DNA of 45,239 bases, from positions 1 to 45,239 of the forward strand of contig BTWA01000045.1 in NCBI GenBank assembly GCA_045863295.1. The letters are read 5' to 3'. The notes under the pieces are model-generated. The model saw only the letters and a list, made by a program, of their open reading frames with translations, searched no databases and was not told the DNA's origin. Source of the stretch: Candidatus Hydrogenedentota bacterium. GTDB taxonomy: Bacteria > Hydrogenedentota > Hydrogenedentia > Hydrogenedentales > SLHB01. The position numbers were made by a program, and so were the translations under genes. This document shows, piece by piece, positions 37,162 to 45,239 of the stretch (the stretch's first letter is position 1; each line of letters starts with the position of its first letter).

Positions 37162-37838
37162 ATTTTTGAGGACCAGTGTATGAGTCAGGAGTTCTGGGCT
37201 GTTTGTGGTTCATTTTATCTGTTGCCTTTGATTTCTGGTAGTGTTTTGATTGCCTGCCCGGAGGATAGGGCTCCGCTGGAGAGCGCCCCGAGCGCCGGTG
37301 CAGGCGGCTATACGAGTAGGCAGGGCTTGCGCTCTGCCGCATTTTTGTCCTGGCTAGTTGGTAGCTCGGAAAGCGCAAAACTCCGGGGGTGCGGGGGCAG
37401 CGCCCCCACGGGTGTCGCGTCGTTGTTCTGCCACTTTGCATAGAACTCTTCGGGCGTGAGGGGGCCGCGCTGTCCTTGTCAAGATTCCTCTTGACACCTG
37501 CGCGGGGCCGTGTTAGAACTGTACTAGCTACATGAATACTCGTGCGAAGATTTGTTGCGCGACTCGGGTGGGGATCCCGGTTGAGCGTCGCGCAACGGGG
37601 GAGGTTCGGCGTGGGAAGGCCCAGGTATTTCCGAGCGCATGGTGACGCCCGAGGAGGATGTATGCGGGGGATTCTTCGGTTGCCCATTCCCGGTGGCAGA
37701 CGGTAAGACTGTTTGCGCCACATCGCCAACGGCGGTCACCTTTCCGCCAAACCCATTCCTTTGACCAGATCGGCGAAGTATCCTCCAGATTTTGGGGCGC
37801 TTCGCCCTGTGGGAGCCAATCCAAGGGAGGATGACGAC

Positions 37839-37928
37839 ATGTACAACCCCTATGCGCTCTTTGCCTACTTCTATCAAATCGTGGTGTGGATTCTGAATCT
37901 CATCTTCGGCTTTTTCCCATTCGGCTAA
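37839..37928 (+). CDS. Unannotated 29-aa hydrophobic peptide MYNPYALFAYFYQIVVWILNLIFGFFPFG
   Basis: AAGGGAGG RBS 8 nt before ATG. Entirely uncharged, single-TM-like sequence in an otherwise empty intergenic region. Confidence 0.65.
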   Translation: MYNPYALFAYFYQIVVWILNLIFGFFPFG

Positions 37929-37993
37929 GGTTCAGCCTGACTGACGTGTACTGACTGTGAGCACCGTACTCCCTCTGATCCCGGGGGGGCGGT

Positions 37994-38683
37994 TTAGTGT
38001 CGGGGTACGTTTGCCTGCTCGACAGCGCGCCAGAATGTGTCCAAGCAGGCGTAGCTTTCGAGCGTGGCGGTGACGCCGTGTTGCTGAAAGCGTTCGGGGC
38101 CGGTTTCGTGGGTGATGCCGATGAAGCGCATGTCGAGGGTGGCGGCGGTGTACATGTCCCAGAGGCCGTCGCCGATGTAGACGGCGTCGTCCCAGGGGCC
38201 GCCGGATCGGGCGATGGCGGTGCGGACGATGTCGGCGCGGGAAATGGCATCGTCGGCGAAGGCGGCGGGGTAGGCGAGTCCGTCGATGCCGATGTTGCGC
38301 AATTTGAAGAGGGCGGTGAGACGAAAGCCGCCGGTGGCGATGCCGGGTTGGAAATCGTTACTTATTGCGAGGTGTTCCATCAGCTTTCGCGCGCCGGGCA
38401 CTTCGGCGAATTGGTGTGGCGTGGCCTCTGCGGCCAACCGTAGTTGTTCCGCGTAGTGGGTGCGGAAGGATTCGATCTCGTCGCTGTGCAGTTCGGTACC
38501 GCGTTGGGTCCGGCTGATTTCACCGAGGATTCCGATGTCGGTCACGTGTGTATAGGCGTGCCAGTCGGTGGTGGGGATGGGCTGGCCGAATGTTTGTTCG
38601 AAGGCTTTTGCGAAGCAGCGGTTGTCGGCCTCGCTTGTGGCCGCGAGGGTTCCATCGATGTCAAAGAGAATCAGCGTGGCCAT
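37994..38683 (-). CDS. HAD-superfamily hydrolase
   Basis: MATLILFDIDGTL (motif I), IATG (motif II), VYIGDGLWD (motif IV). The true start lies inside the longer ORF-track call. Confidence 0.88.
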   Translation of the reverse strand: MATLILFDIDGTLAATSEADNRCFAKAFEQTFGQPIPTTDWHAYTHVTDIGILGEISRTQRGTELHSDEIESFRTHYAEQLRLAAEATPHQFAEVPGARKLMEHLAISNDFQPGIATGGFRLTALFKLRNIGIDGLAYPAAFADDAISRADIVRTAIARSGGPWDDAVYIGDGLWDMYTAATLDMRFIGITHETGPERFQQHGVTATLESYACLDTFWRAVEQANVPRH

Positions 38684-38691
38684 ATTGGCGG

Positions 38692-39042
38692 TCAGTTCCG
38701 GGAGCCGTTGGTCGAGGCGGGCTTTTTCTTCATGGCCTTCTTTTGCGCGGCCTTGAGCGATTCGCGGAACTCGGGATCGCCGAGGGTTTCGTTGAAGATA
38801 TCGCGGCGCTCCAGGGCGAACGAGGCGCGGATGTAGCGGATATCGAGCAGGACGCAATAGAACGTGACCAGCAGCGCGAGCAGAAACCCGAGCCAGTAGA
38901 GTGTGAACCACAGCAGGGATTCGCGCAGAAACGGCCATTCCGTGGCGGTGAATGCCATCAGCGCGCATACGCCCAGCGAGGCGAGGCCGGTGATGCGCCA
39001 GTGTTTTTGTTTGACGGGCGATTGGTGAAGCGGATCGGACAT
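38692..39042 (-). CDS. Small membrane protein (2 TM plus basic tail)
   Basis: Two hydrophobic segments, LLDIRYIR, charged C-terminus; 8 nt upstream of the HAD start. Confidence 0.65.
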   Translation of the reverse strand: MSDPLHQSPVKQKHWRITGLASLGVCALMAFTATEWPFLRESLLWFTLYWLGFLLALLVTFYCVLLDIRYIRASFALERRDIFNETLGDPEFRESLKAAQKKAMKKKPASTNGSRN

Positions 39043-39095
39043 GGGTCAAATGCACTCTACGATAGTCGGACCCAGCGCCTGGGGCTTGATGTGAG

Positions 39096-40097
39096 TCATA
39101 GTTGCGACGCCGGATCCAATACATTGTACGGCGCAAATTTGCTTCGCCATGCCCACGCCTCCGGAGTCAGCGGTTGGCCGCTTGCGGTGACCGTGGCGGC
39201 TGCTGTTGGATTCGATACGACCTTGCCGCCGTCTATCAGGCTTTGCCATTGCGTCGAGCCGGTCTTCACGCTGGATGTGGCGGTCGCCGCCGGGACGGAA
39301 GCGATTCGAAGGCTATGGCCGAGGTCGTCACTCTGCACGGTGGGACACCAGAATTTCTCGACGTATTCCACCACCAACTCGGTGCCTTCCTGAGGATTTA
39401 CATAGGGCGGCCGCAGCGGGTCGTTCATGACATTCGTCAGATCACGCACGAGCGCCACATCGTATCCCCAGCGGACCCACTGCTTCACGGTATTGCGCAC
39501 GAGACTCGTGTGCATGCCCGCGATGAGCACGTGGCGGATGCCACGTTCCACAAAAATGTTGTGCATTTCCCGCGCATTGTCGGTGATGTAGTCACCGGCG
39601 GCGATTTCCATGGCCGGGTGTTGTTGCGTCCACACGCGTTCCGCGACGGCTTCCTGCATGCCGGAATCGTCGATGGGGAAGGGCGGGTCCTTGTGGTCCG
39701 CCGCGGCGGGCATGGGGGCTTCGGGCGTGGCGATGGCCGCGAGCCGCGCGGGATGATCGCGATAGAAGTCCATTGTGCCGGTGGGCGCGTGTATCACGGC
39801 GATGCCCAGGGTCCGGGCCGCAGCCGCCGCCTCGTTGATGCGGTCCGCCAAATTGGCGATGTTATCCGGGGCGACGTTGCCGGGATGCTTGTCCCAGACG
39901 TCGCACAGGACGAGCGCGGTCCGGCTGGCCGGCCAGCTTAGCCCTTGTTCCCGGGCCTGCCAGACAGTACCGCCTGACGTGTCCTGCACGGCACTTTGGT
40001 TTCGGGCGGTCAGCGTAACCGTGGTATCTGCGACGACCGACGAGGCCGCGACCCCACCCACAATGAAAGCCACAGCAAGCACGCGAAAACCAAACAT
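39096..40097 (-). CDS. Exported isochorismatase-family (cysteine hydrolase fold) protein
   Basis: Signal peptide, RTALVLCDVWD.H, R..G..VIHAP, IAGMHT, LVRDLT, YVEKFWCPT. AGGAG RBS upstream. Confidence 0.75.
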   Translation of the reverse strand: MFGFRVLAVAFIVGGVAASSVVADTTVTLTARNQSAVQDTSGGTVWQAREQGLSWPASRTALVLCDVWDKHPGNVAPDNIANLADRINEAAAAARTLGIAVIHAPTGTMDFYRDHPARLAAIATPEAPMPAAADHKDPPFPIDDSGMQEAVAERVWTQQHPAMEIAAGDYITDNAREMHNIFVERGIRHVLIAGMHTSLVRNTVKQWVRWGYDVALVRDLTNVMNDPLRPPYVNPQEGTELVVEYVEKFWCPTVQSDDLGHSLRIASVPAATATSSVKTGSTQWQSLIDGGKVVSNPTAAATVTASGQPLTPEAWAWRSKFAPYNVLDPASQL

Positions 40098-40208
40098 CCA
40101 CCTAACTCCTCACAGACCCCGAATTGCGATCGAATTACCCTAACTATACTACGAAACCGGCATTCCCGTTCTTGGGTGTGCCAAGTGATTGGGCTTCATG
40201 GACTTGCG

Positions 40209-40889
40209 CTACTCAAACCGGATCGGTGCAAAGTACTGCGGCACGTGGAAATTCACCTCCGGCCCCAAGGGAGCCCACGATGCCCAATGGGGTTGCGAGT
40301 TGTGTTCCGCGCATTTGTAGAGGTTTCCCCGCCATTCCTGTCCGGAGAGATCGCCCACGGAACCCACGTAGTGCTCCATCAAGGCCAACGGCAATGCATA
40401 CTCGACCACCCAGGTAACGGGCGAGGGGTTTTCCGGTTCGACCGTTTTCGGGAGACTGTGGTAGACCGCGATGTCCTTGGCCAGGTCCCACGGGACTTTC
40501 GTGTATTTGGCGAAGCCCTGGGGGAGGCGTGTGGGATCTTCAATGTAACTGATGAGCATGGCGCCGCCGCTGTTCATCTCGAAGTTAAAATACCCCTTGC
40601 CGGGTTTGGGCTGGATGAACAGTTCGACGCAGGCATCTTTGTAGACCGGGCCCATGTAATCCGTGGTGATGGTGCGGACGAACCGGTCATCCACGCGGAA
40701 GAGGACATGCAGATGCCTATCGGCGTGCAGCATCTTCGCCTGCACCACGGGACGGAATCCTACGCTTACAGGCAGGAAGCGGTCGATAGGCAGCGCGGCG
40801 GCATGAGACCAGGCGGCGCCGTTCCAGAGGCCCTGCAGTTCGGGCGCGTGGAGCGCTTTGCGAACTGTGTAGGTCAGCGAGTAAGACAT
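40209..40889 (-). CDS. Carbohydrate-binding family 9-like protein
   Basis: LHVLFRV.D, PVYKDACVELFIQP, YFNFEMN..G, W.VE..LP, WRGNLYKC, PHW.SW.P, NFH.P.YF. Confidence 0.8.
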   Translation of the reverse strand: MSYSLTYTVRKALHAPELQGLWNGAAWSHAAALPIDRFLPVSVGFRPVVQAKMLHADRHLHVLFRVDDRFVRTITTDYMGPVYKDACVELFIQPKPGKGYFNFEMNSGGAMLISYIEDPTRLPQGFAKYTKVPWDLAKDIAVYHSLPKTVEPENPSPVTWVVEYALPLALMEHYVGSVGDLSGQEWRGNLYKCAEHNSQPHWASWAPLGPEVNFHVPQYFAPIRFE

Positions 40890-40986
40890 AGCCGCGGCTT
40901 TTCCTTTATCCGGTAAATTGCAGTACTCCCTACCAGGTCATCATACCGTGGCAACGAATCAACCGGCAAAACCGGCTGCCGCCAGT

Positions 40987-43872
40987 TCACTCCCCAAGTA
41001 TGCGATCCAGCAACTGTCCCTGTTCGTATTCCTCGTCGGTGTTGTGAAGCACCATGTCGAACGCGATGGGCACGTTAGGGGCGAGCGCGAGTAGTTGTTT
41101 CAGATCGGGAAGCACATCGCTATTCAGCGGACCGGACATTGACGTGATTGCGTTGTTGTGATCATAGGTGGACGCGCCAAGGAGCCACAGTCCGATTTTT
41201 CCTTCGAACAGGTTGGTCAGCGCAGTGGGATCGAGGTTGCTCGTTAGCGTGCCGCCGGTGACGATCGCGAGCTTTAGATTGGGAGCCTTCAATTCATCCA
41301 ATAGGCGCGCGGCCTCCTGGAGGGAGTATGGCTGCTTTAATCCCTGGCGTAGATGCAGGGTAATGCTGTGCGCGTGGGCGAGTGCGCACACGTCCGCTAA
41401 CACCTTACGGAAGGAAGATTCCGCCTGTTCCCGGGTGAAATTGTTTTCGGGGTGCCGGTGCAGGGACACAATCATGTTATTGGATCCGAGCAGCGTCATC
41501 TTGGCCAGCACGTCCTTGATCGTGTCCATGCTTTCCGCGAATCGTTCCGCGTCGTTTTCCAGCAGGCGCAGATTGGGATACAGGTTTAATCCGGAGGTCA
41601 GGTCCACGTACACCACGACGTTGCGCAGGGCCAACCATTGGCCTTCGTCGCGTAGCGTGTCTTCATCGGTCCGGTTTAAATAGCGCCAATCCACGACTAC
41701 GCCGTCGTACATTTGAAAGAATGTAGGTCGCAGCAAAATGGCTTCTTCAATGCTCGTTGGCGCGCGTAGCGGCAACAACCGCTGTTGCGCGCGCGCCGGC
41801 GGCGTTTGCTTGGGAATCTCCATTACCCCGGTTTCCGCCACGCGCACGCGAAAGATGCGGACATCGCCGCCCGCGATCATCGAATCGCTGTTGATACCGA
41901 TATCCGTTTTTTCCATGTTCTCCGGCAAATGACCTACCGCGCCTCGTTCGGAGGTGTCAATTTTCAGTTCCTCGATGGATTCTATGGGGCCCACATGCGA
42001 CGTCAACTTCATTTCGGCGGCTGTCCACAGAGCATTGGTAATGCCGATGGTATATACGCCCGCTTCTTTTCGGCAGGTGATCACGCTGAGACCGTCGTTG
42101 GCCGTGAACAGGGCGGCATCGCGCAAGACCTGGTCGAGCACAAGCCGTACGTGTTTGAGCAGAGGGCGCGGTGTCTCGAAGGCTACGTTCTCCTCGCTTT
42201 TCATGGGAGCCTGATTCACATCGGCAACCGGCAGTCCGTACTCCGAGGCGAGCACCGTGACCTGTCCGTTGCCGAGGTTCGTTTGCACTGCGATGGGGAT
42301 TCCCCCAACGTGGGCAAGCACGCGGACGCCGTCGACGATTTGCAGGGATCGTCGAATCCAGGGCGTGGCCTCGACCATCGATTCTCCGAGGAGATTCACT
42401 TCCAGATTGGGTTGCATTTGGATCGGTTCGCCGATAGTGACACCGGTCACGGTCATTCCTGCGTTCGCCAGGTTTTCACTCGTGAGGACGAGATGTCCCC
42501 CGTCTTGCGCGTAACGGTTCAGCTTGTGGCGCAACTCCTCGCTGCCCTCCAGATGTCCCGCCACGATAACGACGGGATACTGCTGCAATACCCATCCTTC
42601 GACGTCGGTCAGCAAACAATCGACAATATCGCCGTACGGCGTGGGGGAGATGAACCCGGTTTCGTCGCGAAAATACGACGCATCGCGGTACGTGGGATAG
42701 GCCATGGCCAGGATGTTGTCCGCGAGAAAGTCGCCGTCGTCGTATGGCAGATTGCCCCACACGCGCCATGTGTGGTCGCTGTAGAGGTGCCGCGGAAATG
42801 TCCAGCCGGAGTAAAAGTCCTGGAGAATGGCGACCGGCGTCTGCATGATACCCGGCGAGCCGTGGGTCTTTACCCATTCCACGGCCGACTGTTGTATCCG
42901 CCCGATGGGACTCAACGCTTCGCCGTCAAACCAACTGCTCTCGAAACCCGCGAATACGCAATTGTAGAGAATGTGGTTGTACATCAGCCGCTTCAACAGC
43001 GACAGGCTCGTGCCTTTGGTCGGCCCGTTCTGTTCGCCGGTTGCTCCGTATGTTTTCCAACCCCATCGGTTGAACACGGACGCATTGCCAAACCATGGCA
43101 CGCCGTACTGTTTGCCCGCGCCGCGAATGAATGAGTAGTAGACCTGTCCGCTTGGCAATCCCTGCGCCGTTTCCGCGCCGATGGTTGTGTAGGTGCCATC
43201 CTTGATCAGGTAGTGTCCGTAATTCAGCGAGATCAACGTGGACAGCCTGTTGCCCAGCGCGTCGCCCATGTGCTCGAAATGGCGATAGAAATTCAGGTAT
43301 TGATCGCGCCGGCCGGGCGAAATGGGAAACATCTGGTTGGCGTAGCCGCCGATGTAGCGGCCGTCCTGTTCGCCAATATCCATTCCCAGCCACTTCGGGC
43401 CCAGCTCGCGCTCGAACAATGCCAACGCCTCCGCGGGCGGGTCATACTCGATCCAGTCTCCCGTTTTTCCGCTGCCCGGCACATAGCCCCACACATCGAA
43501 CAAGAATAGGTTTCGCCGCTTCATCTCCGCCATGAGTTCATCGAGGTTCGTTGCCCATAGAAAGGGGTAGTGCGGCCAGATCACCGTGCCCAAGTTGTGA
43601 GTGACTGTGTACTTCTCCAATTCCTCGGAAATGTTCACCAACTTGCCGTCCGCCATCGGAAACCCGCGCATCGTGGCGAACTGGGTGACGCCGCCAAAAT
43701 CGTCCCACGTGGGCGGATGTACTGGCCGCCGCGCATCGTCGGGGTATTCCCTGGGATTGGGCAGGTGCATATAGACATGGCGCGTGGGAGCGGGCGTTTC
43801 CTCGGCCGTGGCAAAAAAGGCGAAGCATACGGGTATCAGGAGAAACAGGGCCGGGAAGCTGTGTGGTTTCAT
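40987..43872 (-). CDS. Large secreted hypothetical protein; possible glycoside-hydrolase-like N-terminal region and C-terminal TIM-barrel-like domain
   Basis: Signal peptide MKPHSFPALFLLIPVCFAFFATA; aromatic-rich N-terminal domain; trimerisation-like middle (LQQYPVVIVAG...YAQDGG.LV); C-terminal region resembling the xylose-isomerase/AP-endonuclease-2 fold. Domain calls are impressions only. Confidence 0.6.
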   Translation of the reverse strand: MKPHSFPALFLLIPVCFAFFATAEETPAPTRHVYMHLPNPREYPDDARRPVHPPTWDDFGGVTQFATMRGFPMADGKLVNISEELEKYTVTHNLGTVIWPHYPFLWATNLDELMAEMKRRNLFLFDVWGYVPGSGKTGDWIEYDPPAEALALFERELGPKWLGMDIGEQDGRYIGGYANQMFPISPGRRDQYLNFYRHFEHMGDALGNRLSTLISLNYGHYLIKDGTYTTIGAETAQGLPSGQVYYSFIRGAGKQYGVPWFGNASVFNRWGWKTYGATGEQNGPTKGTSLSLLKRLMYNHILYNCVFAGFESSWFDGEALSPIGRIQQSAVEWVKTHGSPGIMQTPVAILQDFYSGWTFPRHLYSDHTWRVWGNLPYDDGDFLADNILAMAYPTYRDASYFRDETGFISPTPYGDIVDCLLTDVEGWVLQQYPVVIVAGHLEGSEELRHKLNRYAQDGGHLVLTSENLANAGMTVTGVTIGEPIQMQPNLEVNLLGESMVEATPWIRRSLQIVDGVRVLAHVGGIPIAVQTNLGNGQVTVLASEYGLPVADVNQAPMKSEENVAFETPRPLLKHVRLVLDQVLRDAALFTANDGLSVITCRKEAGVYTIGITNALWTAAEMKLTSHVGPIESIEELKIDTSERGAVGHLPENMEKTDIGINSDSMIAGGDVRIFRVRVAETGVMEIPKQTPPARAQQRLLPLRAPTSIEEAILLRPTFFQMYDGVVVDWRYLNRTDEDTLRDEGQWLALRNVVVYVDLTSGLNLYPNLRLLENDAERFAESMDTIKDVLAKMTLLGSNNMIVSLHRHPENNFTREQAESSFRKVLADVCALAHAHSITLHLRQGLKQPYSLQEAARLLDELKAPNLKLAIVTGGTLTSNLDPTALTNLFEGKIGLWLLGASTYDHNNAITSMSGPLNSDVLPDLKQLLALAPNVPIAFDMVLHNTDEEYEQGQLLDRILGE

Positions 43873-43957
43873 CGTAATACTGCCTTTGACGGTTACGAGG
43901 GGCGCGCTGATTCTAGCGGCTGGGAACTTGGCACACAATCCACAGCGGCCCGCGAAG

Positions 43958-43996
43958 CACCCCCCCTGCAAAAAAATGACGATACAAGGGGGGGTG
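43958..43996. repeat. Dispersed intergenic motif, copy 2 (hairpin)
   Basis: CACCCCCCCT-GCAAAAAAATGACGATACA-AGGGGGGGTG; shares its core with 34049-34080. Confidence 0.6.
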
Positions 43997-44314
43997 AATT
44001 TTGGCGCACTAACGGTCGATCAAGAATCGCAAGGGTTTACGAAGCATCGCCTCCTCCGGAACTGGAATTCAAGGGGTACACCGCCCTGGGCATGGCGCTG
44101 CCAGGCGTTTGTCTTTGCGCACGAATGGGTATAGTGCGCCTTATCTATTTCGCACGTGCTGTTGCATTCTCCACGTTTGGGTACGAGGGCAGATCCAACT
44201 TGGGCCGATGCCCCATGATTCGTTATACTCCCCGGAAATTATTCTATTTGCTGGCCGTTTTGTGGTTTGGCAGGGTGTTGGCGCTGGTTCTCAACGAGAG
44301 TGAAGGAGGACGCA

Positions 44315-45239
44315 ATGTCCGTCGGGAAGCGATTCAAGATTGCATGTATTGGCGCGGGAAACGTGGGGGCGTCGGCCGCCCAGTATTGCTTGGAAATGGG
44401 GTTGGGCGATGTGGTGCTGACGGATATCCTGGAAGGGTTTCCACAGGGCAAGGCCCTCGATTTGACCGAGGCGGGCCCGGTGCGCGGGTATAGCTGCATG
44501 GCCACGGGGTCCAACGATTACAAGGACATCGAAGGCGCGGATGTGTGCATCGTGACGGCCGGGCTGGCGCGCAAACCCGGCATGACCCGGCTCGACCTGT
44601 TGGAAAAGAACGGCAACATCATTTCCGGTATCTGCGAGAACATCAAGAAGCACGCGCCGAACAGCGTCGTTATCATCGTGACGAACCCGCTGGACGTGAT
44701 GGCCTATCTGGCCTTCAAAAAGCTTGGTTTCCCGAAGGAGCGCGTTATTGGCATGGCCGGCATTCTCGACAGCGCCCGCATGCGATCCTTCGTTGCCATG
44801 GAATTGAACGTGAGCATGGAGAACGTGGATACGATGGTCCTCGGTTCCCACGGGGACGATATGGTGCCCTTGCCCGAGTATACCGTAGTTTCCGGCATCC
44901 CGATCACGAAGCTCATGCCCGCCGACCGCATTGAGGCCATCAACGAACGCACCCGCAAGGGCGGCGGCGAGATTGTGGCCCTGCTCAAGACCGGCAGCGC
45001 GTTTTACGCCCCCGGCGCCGGCGCGGCCCGCATGGCCGAGGCCATTTTGCGCGATAAGAAACAGTTGCTGCCGTGCGCCGCATATCTCACCGGCGAATAC
45101 GGCATGAACGACGTTTTCACCGGCGTGCCCGTGGTGTTGGGCAAAGAGGGAATCGAAAAGATTGTGCAACTCGATCTCACCTCGGATCAGCAAGCCGCCC
45201 TCGAAAAGGCCACTGAAGAAGTCCGCACGGGAATCCAAG
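44315..45239 (+). CDS. mdh: NAD-dependent malate dehydrogenase (LDH-like), 3'-truncated by the window edge
   Basis: AAGGAGG RBS; MSVGKRFKIACIGAGNVGA, PQGKALDL, TAGLARKPGMTRLDLL (Arg specificity residue indicates MDH, not LDH), VTNPLD, LDSAR, LGSHGD, TRKGGGEIV.LLKTGSAFYAP. Confidence 0.95.
   Translation, partial: MSVGKRFKIACIGAGNVGASAAQYCLEMGLGDVVLTDILEGFPQGKALDLTEAGPVRGYSCMATGSNDYKDIEGADVCIVTAGLARKPGMTRLDLLEKNGNIISGICENIKKHAPNSVVIIVTNPLDVMAYLAFKKLGFPKERVIGMAGILDSARMRSFVAMELNVSMENVDTMVLGSHGDDMVPLPEYTVVSGIPITKLMPADRIEAINERTRKGGGEIVALLKTGSAFYAPGAGAARMAEAILRDKKQLLPCAAYLTGEYGMNDVFTGVPVVLGKEGIEKIVQLDLTSDQQAALEKATEEVRTGIQ

Noticed and set aside
38684..39136. N-terminal extension of the HAD ORF
   Set aside because: It is an out-of-frame overlap with the 116-aa membrane gene; HAD motif I begins right after ATG 38683.
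44140..44285. Sigma54 promoter upstream of mdh
   Set aside because: The candidates lack either the invariant GG or a good TTGC -12 element.
1..45239. CRISPR array, tRNA or rRNA genes
   Set aside because: No regularly spaced direct repeats or tRNA/rRNA signatures were seen by eye; a tRNAscan/Infernal run would be needed to exclude them formally.

Overview
A GC-rich bacterial chromosomal segment from a flagellated diderm. The repertoire is reminiscent of Ca. Hydrogenedentota, but that is an unverified impression. From left to right it contains: the 3' part of a Pnkp RNA-repair gene; a minus-strand cassette (membrane protein, winged-HTH regulator, UppS paralog, DUF4153/4173 protein, secreted repeat protein); a flagellar block (TM-anchored TPR protein, FlgN-like protein, FleS/FleR-like two-component system, pilC, sigma28-driven fliD-fliS); a minus-strand run (hypothetical, Nramp-like transporter, two-domain PPK2, APC permease, two methyltransferases, SDR, hemH); gatCAB-rsfS-Ser/Thr kinase; two LPS-kinase-family genes; a tandem SnoaL-fold duplication; a decayed ISL3; HAD, isochorismatase-like, CBM9-like and large secreted genes; and a partial mdh that the ORF track missed. 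Three signals stand out. (1) The UppS-paralog cassette has a leaderless promoter and a 21-bp operator-like site present twice, once over the -35 and once inside the uppS 5' coding sequence. (2) Two unannotated hydrophobic micro-ORFs (34 and 29 aa, both ending in FG) are present; one is a complete promoter-RBS-ORF-terminator unit and the other lies behind a long structured leader. (3) The flagellar TPR protein carries repeated FliM/CheZ-like CheY-docking motifs in its acidic N-terminus. All calls come from reading motifs by eye; no database searches were run.
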